DNA of 64,000 bases from Macrostomum lignano (Eukaryota). Both the position numbers and the translations under genes were made by a program. Positions 23,355 through 34,169 of this stretch are shown here, piece after piece. Numbering within the stretch: position 1 is the stretch's first letter; the number at the start of each line of letters is the position of its first letter. A model generated the notes under the pieces. The model was not told the origin of the DNA, did not search any database, and saw only the letters and a program-made list of their open reading frames with translations. The DNA is taken from the NCBI GenBank assembly GCA_002269645.1, contig NIVC01002239.1, positions 14,837 through 78,836 on the forward strand. The letters are read 5' to 3'.

Positions 23355-26050
23355 AAAGGGATGTGAACTTAAGAGTCAAAATGGAGCCTGAAGCATTGGG
23401 TCCCGATTTCACTACGCCAGTCCCTTCATTTGGAGCCAAATAGCTCCCGTTATGCCGAAAACCCGACCACTTTAACATTTGGGGATCTCTGTGGGGAGAA
23501 ATGGGATAAATGGTGATTTCATGTGAACTTAAGACTCTAGGAGCTTCAAATCTTTAAATGACGAGGTGAACAGATTACCTGAGCGTTAGCATGGTCATCA
23601 CGCGATGAACGACTGACCCATCTGGCGACCAGATCCATCAATTCCAGGACGACCACACCACAGCCTCTGCTGAAGCGGCCTCTGAAGTGGCCCCTGCCGC
23701 GGGGCAGCCGCACATCGAACCCAGCGGCCCACCCACTGCAACTTCAGCTGCCCCCGAGTATGGATCCTCCCTTTTCATCCCTGAACACTGTCTCATCACC
23801 TGCTGCACCTGTCATCGACGTTAACGCCCTCCTCACCTCCACGACTGCGATGATGCAGCAGAATCAGTTGCTTATAGAACAGCTCGCCGCTATATTTATC
23901 CTGGCACGACATCAGCGTCGTCGTCCGCTACGAGTGATTGTGATCCGGCCGCTCTCATCCGCTCCAATGTCCTCCAGAAAGTTCGTCTCCCGACATTCGA
24001 CGGCATCGACCCTGCCGCATTCCCTGGGTTCTGGGACGCCTTCCTCTACCGCCTCGACCAATCCCGTCTCAACGTCGACAAGTTCGAACCACTCCGCGGT
24101 CTCCTATTCGGCTCCGCCCTCAGAAAGCTGGGCGCCCTCGATGCCTGCCAACCCATCGCTTACGCTGAGGCCTGCCGCGTTCTCCAGGCTAACTGCGCCG
24201 ACGCCCAGGAGCAGAAGAACGCCTGCTTCCAACGCCTCGCGCTATTATGCAGCTTCGCTTTTGACGTAGACGAGTTTGAAACCTTCACCAACGCCCTCCG
24301 ACTTGCTATCAGCCAACTTCTCGGCCTTAGCGAGCTCACTGCACCCTCGACAGCCACGTCTAAGCCCTATGGAGCCGCCTCCCGAACAAGCTCCAGAACG
24401 AGATCCGCAACCGCCGTGCTGCAAACGGGCAGCCTCTCATGCCCACTATGGCACAGCTCCAGGTCCACCACTTCTCGCACGGGCGCTAACCCCTCGCCTC
24501 GTCCCTCCGAATGCTTCGCTTCCACCGCCAACCAGCAGCAGCAGAAGCCCAGCCGCCCATGCCTCTATTGCGACACTTCCGACCATGCCACCATGTCTTG
24601 CTGCAACATCCGCAAGCCCGATGACCGGCTTAAAATAGTTCTGAACAAGAACCTTTGCGACAATGCCTTCGCCGACACCACACCAGGCACTGCCGCGACA
24701 CCCGAAACTGTCGTGCGTGCGACGCCCCACATCACACCTCGCTGCAGGGGGCCATCTTTGACAGCGCTCGCTTCAGCCATCGCTCGCCTAACACAGGCCA
24801 AAGTGCCCACGTTAATTCGGGCTGACGCCGACTCCAAAGAAAAAGCCAACTCCCAAGTCTCTGCCGCAGCCGACGGAGGTCTCGTGCCGACCACCATGGC
24901 TACTTTCCGGGCGAAGGCCGTCAACCCGAAAGATGGCCGCTCCGTCGACTGCACAATTTTCTCGATTCTCGATACTCGCATCTCGACGGCACTGTTGCCC
25001 ACAACCTTGGTCTCAAAGCCGCTAAGAGACTCACGATAGCCACCTCCACCTTACACTCGTACTCGTACTTCCGCGTTAGATTACTGCGGACCTCGTCAGT
25101 TTCGACCTCCAGGCCCCAGACAGCCGTCGCTGGACAATCACATCCCTCGCCTCCGATCAGCTAGTCGCCCCGATCCATATACCGGACATTAAGCTCCCTG
25201 AAGATGTCCTAACACCTTCAGCAGTGTCAAAAACGGCGTCTGCAACCTTCCGCCCGATCATGATGCAGACGGTACTCTCGACCCCATCCTCGGTGGTGAC
25301 TGAACCAGTTACTCATCGGCCCTGCCGTTCCTGCCCTCGCTCCGGCTCTAACGGCCCACTTGACGCCCTTCGAAGCCATCCTCAACAATGCTATCACTGA
25401 CACGGATGCCCGCAGCATAAACAGCTTCCTCGGGTCCTCGCAGGCCTCTCAGGTCCTTATCGCTAACACCTGCCTCAACATGAACAACGATAACGGCTCC
25501 TCGAAGTTCTCAGCATCGCGAAGGACGCTGGAAAGCATGGCCCCAAAGACAGCGAGCTGACTCGACGCCTCCTCGCGTCCATTACCCGTCGTGACTAAGA
25601 TGGCCGCATCTCCGTCAACCCGCCATTCAAAGACGGCGATGCTTTGGCTCCAAATAAAGGAATTGGCGTAGAGAAATCGGGACCCAATGCTTCAGGCTCC
25701 ATTCTAGAGCCTTAAGTTCACATGAAATCCCCATTTATCCCATTTCTCCCCACAGAGATCCCCAAATGTTAAAGTGGTCGGGTTTTCGGCATAACGGGAG
25801 CTATTTGGCTCCAAATGAAGGGACTGGCGTAGAGAAATCGGGACCCAATGCTTCAGGCTCCATTCTAGAGCCTTAAGTTCACATGAAATCCCCATTTATC
25901 CCATTTCTCCCCACAGAGATCCCCAAATGTTAAAGTGGTCGGGTTTTCGGCATAACGGGAGCTATTTGGCTCCAAATGAAGGGACTGGCGTAGAGAAATC
26001 GGGACCCAATGCTTCAGGCTCCATTTTGACTCTTAAGTTCACATCCCTTT
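23355..26050. mobile_element. ~2.7-kb non-autonomous DNA element with long terminal inverted repeats built of 161-bp units
   Basis: 23355-23540 (AAAGGGATGTGAACTTAAGAGTC...) is the reverse complement of the right end (...GACTCTTAAGTTCACATCCCTTT). The right arm has about 2.5 tandem 161-bp units (CCATT at 25699, 25860, 26021). The TSD is ambiguous (TA or AT). Confidence 0.85.
23900..25050 (+). pseudogene. Frameshifted BEL/Pao LTR-retrotransposon gag-protease relic inside the TIR element
   Basis: From 23972: LQKVRLPTFDGIDPAAFPGFWDAF...VDKFEPLRGLLFGSA (DUF1759-like). Then RPCLYCDTSDHATMSC, NLC(fs)CLRRHHTRHCRDTRNCRACDAPHHTSL (Pao triple zinc knuckle) and TFRAKAVNPKDGRSVDCTIFSILD (DUF1758-like protease start). 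Confidence 0.8.
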
Positions 26051-26303
26051 ATTATCTCAATTTGTCTTCGCATCCAATAATAATTGCCACTATCGGGTTG
26101 TTAACGGGCAGGAATTTATTGGCCTCAGCTTAAGCTGTCAACGCTTTTAGAGGTTTTAAAACAGAAATAATTACCGAGGCAGACTCTGCCTGGGATGCCC
26201 GAGTGGACTGGAGAAGAGGGGGGAATGGAGGGGCTGCAACTGCTGGATAAATAATGAGCCCAAACCACCTGTCTGAGCCGCGTCCAGACTCCAGCTCATT
26301 AGC

Positions 26304-28769
26304 ATGCCGCAGTCTCCGCTATCAAGCTTCATAGTTTTCTTGCTCTGCCGTGCCGCGGCGGCTGCCTCAGTGTCCCCGGATGAGGCCCTGAAAACGGCGC
26401 TGAATTTAAATTCCGACTACAACAAAGACGTCCGGCCGCCACCGGACAACGGCTCAGCCAACTTGGTGACCGTCTTGTTCAACTTGAAAAGCCTGGCTCA
26501 TGTGGTGAGTACTTCGGCTTTGTCGATTTTTTGTGAGAACACGTTGAATTTTCGAGCAGATCGTGAGCATTAAATTATTTCTAACCAAACAATGAAGGAC
26601 TCGGCAACGCAGGAGATCGTGCTGCAACCCTGGTTCAATTTGGTACGTGACTCATTCTTTTTATTAGAGGCAGGGGGGTTGTGTGCACCCTGGCGCAATT
26701 TAAGCGACATAGGCACACAACCGGCGAGAGGCATTACTGCCCATTCCGCCGATTCCCCTGAGCAGGCATACAAGCGCGCGGATACGTTACGCAGGAACAC
26801 CCTCACACAGGAGTGTACAGCGGCACCAACATTATTTATTGTTAGGCATGTACACTTCACTGCGCCTTGGGGGGGTTGGCTCTCAAGGCCGTTAATTGCA
26901 CAAGCGAGCCAAGCCAAGATTCCAATCCAGCCCCAAATTAATGTGGCTGCACTTGGAATCGAGCCTGGGTCGCGGCACACCAGAGCAGCTGCGCTACCGC
27001 TGGGCTACGGCCCCCCCTGTACGTGACTCATAAGTTCAGTGCTGCCGCAGAGACATTGACATATCGAGTTTTATTGCATCATACTCACGGTGCAGCCATG
27101 AGCTATCGATTCATTTAATTTGCACTTTCACTACAGTACTAGCGAGACAGCCGCCTGGCCTGGAAAGGAAAATTCAACTCTACCTTCGATAACGTGAGCT
27201 CCATTTTTGTACCAGCCAGTCTGCTCTGGCAACCGGATGTGGCCTTCTGCAACCTGTAAGTGCGACACTTTTTCCTTGGGCTTGATCATTCCTATGCAAT
27301 TGCAGCCATACCGCTTTGCTAAGTCTCCCAATGGCACCCCGATTGTTCTCTTAGAGAAACTTCAAGATAATGGAGTAACGGTGACATTCATCTAATGGTA
27401 CTCATGTTGACCTTTCTCATACTCACCTTTCAGCCTGCACTTCCGGCGCACCTCCAGCGATAAAGTTTTCCTGACTGTGAGCAGCGACGGCATGGTGCTG
27501 TTCCTTGTTGAGCTGCTCTCCTGGTCCAAGTGCGAAATGAATATGGCCAACTTTTCCTATGACATGCAGATCTGCCACCAGCGCGTATCTTCGGTGGTGC
27601 ACACGAGAAAAACCACTGCGCATCGAGCCTGGACCACCTGGAATCACGCCTTCCCTCTTCAAGAACCACGACTTCTGCGTGATGAACGTCAGCGTTTCAA
27701 ATTCTATCGATAAGTGGAACTACGATATTGTTCAGCTGCAGGTGGAAATAAAGGTAGAAACTTCTCAGAATTTGGTTGAGTTGGAACGGGGATCACACAC
27801 TTTTTGTGGACTCCCCTGTCATAGTCCCCGTTTTTTCGCAGAGCCAGTTTCACCTTTGACACTTTCAGCGTAAAGCACTATTCTACTTCATGAACCTGAT
27901 CATTCGAGTCTCGTGCTGCTCTACATCTCTACCCTGGTCTTCTGCCTGCCGCCCGAGTGCGGAGAGCGAATATCATTGAGATTCACCATCGTGCTGTCTA
28001 TGTGCGTGTTCCTGCAGCTCAGCAGCAACTATATGCCTCCACAGGGGGACTCTGTGCCTCTGCTCAGTGAGTTTCGAGCTAATTTCACTCCAACACTTTG
28101 TTCGCTGATAGTGAACTACAGGCTGGAATATTGAGACTCATGACCTATTTGTCCTCCTCCAATTTCCAGCCTGGTACTTCAGCCTCGCGGTCTTTCTGAC
28201 AATGCTTCACTTGATTGCCAACATTTTCGTACTGAGCTGCTACTTTGAGCATTCGTCCGAGAATGAGCATACCAAAGTCCCAAGCCGGCTAACGCGACTT
28301 CTGTTTCTCAATAAGTTTGAATGCGCCCGGCTGCAGTGCAGAATGTGCTACCAGGTTCGAAACCACGGCGAAACCGCCGCTGTACGGAGCTCGGTGAGAG
28401 TAAGGGAGATACGGAGACCTGGGTTGGATTTTGTTAAGCCTGCCAAGCCTGTGTCGGATTTGGCAGACCTGCAAGTTTCTGTGTCCATTTGCGGTTAAAA
28501 ATTGGCACCCCATTCGCAGGAATCCAACGAGAGCGAGTTGAACGTCGTCTCGCCCAGGCGACCAGCTACGCCAAGTCAACCGCAGGCGGAGCAGACTCCG
28601 CGTTGCCGGGACAACGACCCTCGCAAAGAATGGATCCCCATTGCTGTTCGCCGCCGACCGCTGCTTCTTCGCTGTCTTCTTCAGCCTGAAGCTGGCGCTG
28701 ACGCTGACGCTGTTAATCCTGGAGATCACGAACTCGCGGACCAACTGCGACATGTCGAGTAATGATTGA
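26304..28769 (+). pseudogene. LGIC4: Cys-loop pseudogene, 7 exons (26304-26504, 26598-26642, 27137-27255, 27434-27753, 27869-28066, 28170-28393, 28520-28769)
   Basis: Close paralogue of LGIC2. Lesions: TGG>TAG at 27140-42, exon 4 is 320 bp vs 328, exon 5 is 198 vs 199, frameshift near 28640, FPYD>FSYD. Confidence 0.9.
26655..27014 (-). mobile_element. tRNA-derived SINE, family A copy 3 (most complete), in LGIC4 intron 2
   Basis: The minus strand reads GGGGCCGTAGCCCAGCGG (A box) ... GGCTCGATTCC (B box), then the shared body and an A-rich tail. Confidence 0.87.
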
Positions 28770-29716
28770 AGATGAAGAGTTGTGAAGAACTGGGCAGTCA
28801 CGACCACGAAGTATTTTGGATTAACAGAGACAACTTCGAGTTACAGATGGACTTTAGATAGTGGGAAGAGTATATCCGAAGAAGGAATATTTATTTATCC
28901 TAGGAAACCGCAATGAATACTATATTTTTAACAGCTGCACAAACTACTACTAGTGCTACTCGTTGCAAATTAACCTACAATAGGAAAGTCCTATAAAATT
29001 CTATCACCTTTGACGCAAAAGAAGCATCACTCACTGACTTTGATGCACTTTTTGGGATCAGCAAAAAGCGGTCATGCTGATTTTATTAATTGAAAGTTTT
29101 TGAGCCAACTGACTATGTAGCTCGTGTCAAAGCAAACGGACAGATTTTATTTGCTCAGCGAATCTCTGTTTGTTAATAACTATCAACGATTGACTGAAAG
29201 CTCAAATATGAATAGGATTAGTGAAGGGGAGGCAAAGACAAGACAAACCGAGTGTGGTGATGGCGAGGCAGCGAAAAGCCAGAGGATGCAACCCTCAGAC
29301 GATCGTATTTATTTCATGACTTGTTAAAACGAATTAAACTGATTAAAATTTATAATTAGCGAGGAAAAAAAAATTCAACCGCGAGCAACCCCGCGCAGCC
29401 ACAAAGGTGGCGGCCTAAATAGGCACGCGCATGCACCAACGCACCCACCACCCCACCAGACAGCCAGCACCCAAACAGCCCCCCTTGCACTAACAGCGGT
29501 TAGCCCTCGCGGGCTCGCGCAAACCGATGCATTAGTGAAGGGGAGGCAAAGACAAGACAAACCGAGTGTGGTGATGGCGAGGCAGCGAAAAGCCAGAGGA
29601 TGCAACCCCAAGGCCAAACAAACAAATGAATGAACGAAGGAGAGAATTTACGAAACGGCGGAAATAAGGCTCGGGATAAGAACGGAAATAAAACTTTGAA
29701 CACAAGCAAAAGTTAC

Positions 29717-30700
29717 TCAAAGGCAACTCTCGTTAAAAGCACCAGCAAAACGCGAACCAGCCCGCACAGAATCAGCAGATGGAAGGTAGGCAGTCACAGC
29801 ATCACTTCGCCAGTCACCGATGCACTTCACCTCCTGAACAGATAGTCCGAGACGGTAGGCCCAGGTGGCACCACCTCTGCGCAGGCTGTGCGCTGAGAAA
29901 GAACGAGCGTCCTGCTCAGCAGTTGCTAGGCAGCGCTTGAGGAACCTGTCGAATCTTGAGGCAGACAGGACAACAGAGGATCCGCTCGCCAACTGGTAGG
30001 AGAACACAGGCTGCCTGCAGCCAAGCTTGCTGACACGGAGGTGACCCTCTAGCGCAGCCACTGGGCAAAGCGGATGTCCTTCTTTTAGCCTTGGAAGCAA
30101 CACCCGGTGCAGCTTCGCGCCGAACTGATTCGTCTTGCCATAACTGACAGAGAGCACAACCCCCTTCGGGTGGCGTTGAAAGGCTGAGACGGAAATCGGT
30201 GAAGCGGACTGCTGACTGGGCAGGAGACTGGAGCGCCGAAACATCCCCCACCAAGCAGAGCCAGCAGACTCTGTCAAGCGAACTGCTCGAGTTAAGCCGG
30301 TTTTTCACAGACAGCAGCATCGCAGGCGAGATCGGCAGCTTCCGTCTTGGTCGCTGGCCCATCCTCCGTTTAGCGCCGCGAACGAGCAGTGAGACCAGGT
30401 GGTGTTTTGTTAGGTCCTCAGCACCACAGGCTTTGAACCAGCTGGACAGTGCACTGACATGGACACGCAGACTGTTGAACGATCTCAGGCGGCATTCGAC
30501 CAGGTGAGCCAGGTAGTTGAGTAGCACCGACCGGTCGGATCGAGCCGGGTTGGTCCCGTTCTCGTTGCAGAAGCTGTGCCAGGACCGGACGGCCGATGAG
30601 ATCGCCCTGCGTGACTGCGGTGCGTATGCTGCGGCGAGGAGGCTGGAGGCGGCGGCGCCGAGGGTCGGCGTTGCAGGGAGGCGGCCTGCGAAAATAAAAA
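29717..30700 (-). pseudogene. Ngaro tyrosine recombinase, one frameshift (~30250)
   Basis: Catalytic set visible: FRRS (R), GKTNQ (K), HSLRRG (HxxR), IGDW, AVTAY (Y). Also CPVAAL. Confidence 0.9.
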
Positions 30701-32395
30701 ACGGGAGGCAAAAACAGAAAACGCGTGATCCGAAAACTCCACAGGGCAAACTGGTACAGACCCGTAAACACGGAAAATAAAATTAAGCAACTCATGACGC
30801 GAGTGCAGGCGGGACCCTGCATCAGCAAACAGCTGATAAGCACCAGGAACGTGAAAGACCTCAAATTCAACGTCAAAACGCAGACAGAGCAACGCCAGAC
30901 TGCAGCAACCACATCAGACGCGAGTCCTTGGAGACACCTCGCCTTAGAATCCAACACGCCGTCTCATTGTCGCAGTACACAGCAAGCCGACAACCAGCCA
31001 AGGATTGGCCCCATCTCAAAACAGCCAGCAATATAACCACAGCCTCCTTGTAATTGATGCAGTAATTCTGAAAAACACCATTTGCGTCGATCTGCCAGTC
31101 AATAAAGCACCAATCACGAATCCCATCACCGTCACGGAGCACCGCCGCGGCGCCTGAAGACGACGAGTCAGTCTCTATGGCAACACAAGCCCTCGGCGAA
31201 GTCCACAGGCCAACACCGATGCGATGTTGCAAAGCCAACCGCCACCAGGAGAGGTGGTGCACCACGGAGGGACTAACAAGAACCCTGTCATGAGGCCGAT
31301 GCAGCTTGTTAACAATGTCGATAAGAGGTCGGAGGAAAACTCTCCCGTGCCGAACAACTTGCGACGCCCAGTTTAACTTGCCGATCAACTTCTGCAAACA
31401 CGACTTTGACAGCCTTTTCTTCGAAGAGCAGAGGGATAAAACATGCAACAAGTCTTGGACTTTTTCGGCAGGAAGAGACATCTGGCCTGCCACGCTATCA
31501 AATAAAATGCCCAGAAAGGTCATCCGCGTTGTCGGCGGAACACACTTGCTACGGTTAACGGTGAAGCCTAGCCGCTCGAGCAGATCGATGAGATGGTTGT
31601 AGAACTTCCAGCAGGACTCCAGATCTCCACAAAGGCGAAGTCATCCATGTAGGCCTCCATAGCGTAGAAACCATGCTTTAACATCATAAAACGCACAGCT
31701 TGGCTCAGCTCGTAAAAGCAGAAGACGGAAGCCGAAGCACCAAACGGGAGCCGCGTGTCGTACAGGTACACTGGCTGGCCCTCGCCTTGGAGCTGAATCT
31801 TCATGCCTGTGACCCGGTGGTCATCAGGGTGCACACCACATGAACGATATGCTTGCGACAGATCCACTTTGCACATGTACGCGCCGCTGTACAGCTTCGA
31901 GGCAAAGTTGCTGGCCGAAGTAAAACGCAACTTCCGTTTCGACTCAAAGAAATCATTCACAGAGGCGCCAGTTGGCAGGCTGCAGTCGTGAATAAGGCGG
32001 ATGGAAGACGAATCCGCCTTAGGGATCGCACCAAGTGCACTAACGATGAGCGGCCGGTTGCCTGCCTGGCAGCGCCTGTAGCGGTCCTGCTTGAGCTCCT
32101 GGCGCACCTGGGCCTCAACAGCTTGCTGGTGAATGGTAGCTGATCTGTGATTTGCCATCTCAGTGTGGTTCTTACAATCCATCACTTTATTAGTAATTCG
32201 AAAGCCATTCTTCACACCATCGAGCACGAACCTGACACGGTCCTCCGGCATCTCGGTCCCAGCCAGCTCTTCCCGCCAAACCGCAAACACAAGGTCGCTC
32301 GACAACTCAGTTGAACTCGGGTCACATAGGGGGAGCTCCCCCATGGGGGCACAGGAGGGCGACCCGACGGCAGACATTGAGTCCTGTGCCCCCAC
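30485..32395 (-). pseudogene. Ngaro pol (reverse transcriptase + RNase H), two frameshifts (~31620, ~30895)
   Basis: SSIRLIHDCS, KVDLSQAY, RLPFGASAS, YMDDF, FLGILFD, LIGKLNW. RNase H motifs ETDSS, NYKEA, YCDN, HVPG...ADAGSR. Confidence 0.9.
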
Positions 32396-32403
32396 CTCGC
32401 ACG

Positions 32404-33495
32404 CTAGTTTTTTGAAAATTGGCCTGGGTCCCCATCAGCGTGGGCTCGGGCTTCAGAGTGCGGCTGTGAGCACCTTCGGCACTGATGGGCGAAGCGGCAG
32501 TGAGTTCTGTTGCAGCCGCTAAGACTGTTGAAGTCGAAACAGACAGGTGGCTGCGTTCGCTTTTTAGGCGCTGTTGCGTTTATCATTTTTGTTGGTGCCA
32601 TCAAGTGTGTTGCCACCAGACCCAGGTCTGCGCTAACAGCGCTCCACCGCGTTCCATCATGCTGGAGAAGCCGACATTCGTCATCATATCTCATGACTTT
32701 AGTGCGATCGAAGCCTAAATCTAGCAGGTCACCAATTCTAGCGTTATGTCGGAGATGATCGATCAACTCGGATGAATCGATTCTGCCATCAACAATGCGC
32801 AGCAGTTTGCCATCACGCAGCATTTGCACCAGTAAGTTACAGCTACCGGAGATGAAATCGCCAAACGACAGTGACTCGGGACTGACGTGTCTCAACCTCT
32901 CTGGCTTTGCCGCTCCCACAACAGACTGGCTTCCTTGTCTCCGCTTACGCTCACTGATAAAATCAACGACTCTGTACACCGCCGGCGCCTGAGCATGCGA
33001 AGTTGCAGCCCCAGCCTGCCCGAGTATACACTCGCCAACCAAATCATGCCACTCACCGGGAGTCTGATCACGTTCTCTCGCAGCCGCCGTGCCACTGTGA
33101 CGCGCTTCAGCGAGCTCGGCTTCGAGCTGAGCCTCTCTTTTTTTCAGGTCCAGCAGCCGAATGCGCAGTTCAGTCTCTCGCAGCTGATCCTCGAGACCGC
33201 CTCCCGTCGCCGCCCGACCCTCGGCCGAGGCGCCCACCGCCGGTAGCATCTCGTCCTCAGGTGGAGCCAGACTTAGCTCGGGTGCGCCCGCATTCGTCGG
33301 TGATGTCTTGTCATCTTGAGCACGACGAGATGAGCCTCTGTCCTGCTCCAACGCCTGCCGCTCAAGCTCCTTGGGAATGCTGAGTTTTAGACGACTTGTT
33401 AGCTCTTGCTTATTGCCATTAGTAGGCAGGCCGCGCTCACTAAGGGCTTCTCGTAGCGCTTTGTTAGTTGCGGGCAGTACAAGGCTATCTGCCAT
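32404..33495 (-). CDS. Ngaro ORF1 gag-like protein, 363 aa, with N-terminal SAP-like motif and C-terminal Cys/His finger
   Basis: LREALSERGLPTNGNKQELTSRL, a coiled-coil-like region, and CFDFNSLSGCNRTHCRFAHQCRRCSQPH. The ATG immediately follows repeat A1. Confidence 0.8.
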   Translation of the reverse strand: MADSLVLPATNKALREALSERGLPTNGNKQELTSRLKLSIPKELERQALEQDRGSSRRAQDDKTSPTNAGAPELSLAPPEDEMLPAVGASAEGRAATGGGLEDQLRETELRIRLLDLKKREAQLEAELAEARHSGTAAARERDQTPGEWHDLVGECILGQAGAATSHAQAPAVYRVVDFISERKRRQGSQSVVGAAKPERLRHVSPESLSFGDFISGSCNLLVQMLRDGKLLRIVDGRIDSSELIDHLRHNARIGDLLDLGFDRTKVMRYDDECRLLQHDGTRWSAVSADLGLVATHLMAPTKMINATAPKKRTQPPVCFDFNSLSGCNRTHCRFAHQCRRCSQPHSEARAHADGDPGQFSKN

Positions 33496-34169
33496 GATTC
33501 AGCAAAAAAATTCAACCGCGAGCAACCCCGCGCAGCCACAAAGGTGGCGGCCTAAATAGGCACGCGCATGCACCAACGCACCCACCACCCCACCAGACAG
33601 CCAGCACCCAAACAGCCCCCCTTGCACTAACAGCGGTTAGCCCTCGCGGGCTCGCGCAAACCGATGCATTATGAAAAGATTCTGACAGCGGGCCACAAGG
33701 CTTGACTCAGAGAGAATGAGTAGAATGCGTTTAGACTCTCTGGGAGCTAGCGAGGAGAAAAACAAAGAAGAGAAATTGGCACATAAAAAGCAGATACCTG
33801 CAAAAACAGGCGATTTAACGTGCAGAAAACGTACAATTCTGAACATTGGAAGGGTGGCCCAGGGAGAAGCGTGATGTTATATAACGATATGCATATATGC
33901 AGCTTTAGTGAGCCACGACCAAATTTGATGGAACAGAGTGCTTTGCCAAGCAAGGTCGGGCCAGCGGATCCGGGCAGAAGGGTAAACACTGAGGCCAGGG
34001 ATGTGGAACTGACTGAGATGAGTGGATTCTGAGGGATAGACGAACGGAAAGCACTGCCACTAAAAAGTATATAGGATGGCCTGCATGACCAGTGGTGGAT
34101 GCAGTTAAACCCACAAGACTTCAGCTGAAATTCTAAGCAATTCCGTGCGACCAGGGCTACTGATCTCAC

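Larger units (their letters stand above)
29217..33671 (-). mobile_element. Tyrosine-recombinase retrotransposon (DIRS order, Ngaro/PAT-type with split direct repeats A1-ORFs-B1-A2-B2)
   Basis: A repeats (161 bp) at 33511-33671 and 29374-29534. B repeats (74 bp) at 29535-29608 and 29221-29294. gag, RT-RNaseH and YR ORFs lie between them. No methyltransferase domain seen. Confidence 0.93.

Noticed and set aside
30199-33383. Plus-strand ORFs overlapping the Ngaro element
   Set aside because: Antisense shadows of GC-rich minus-strand coding sequence, with no recognisable motifs.
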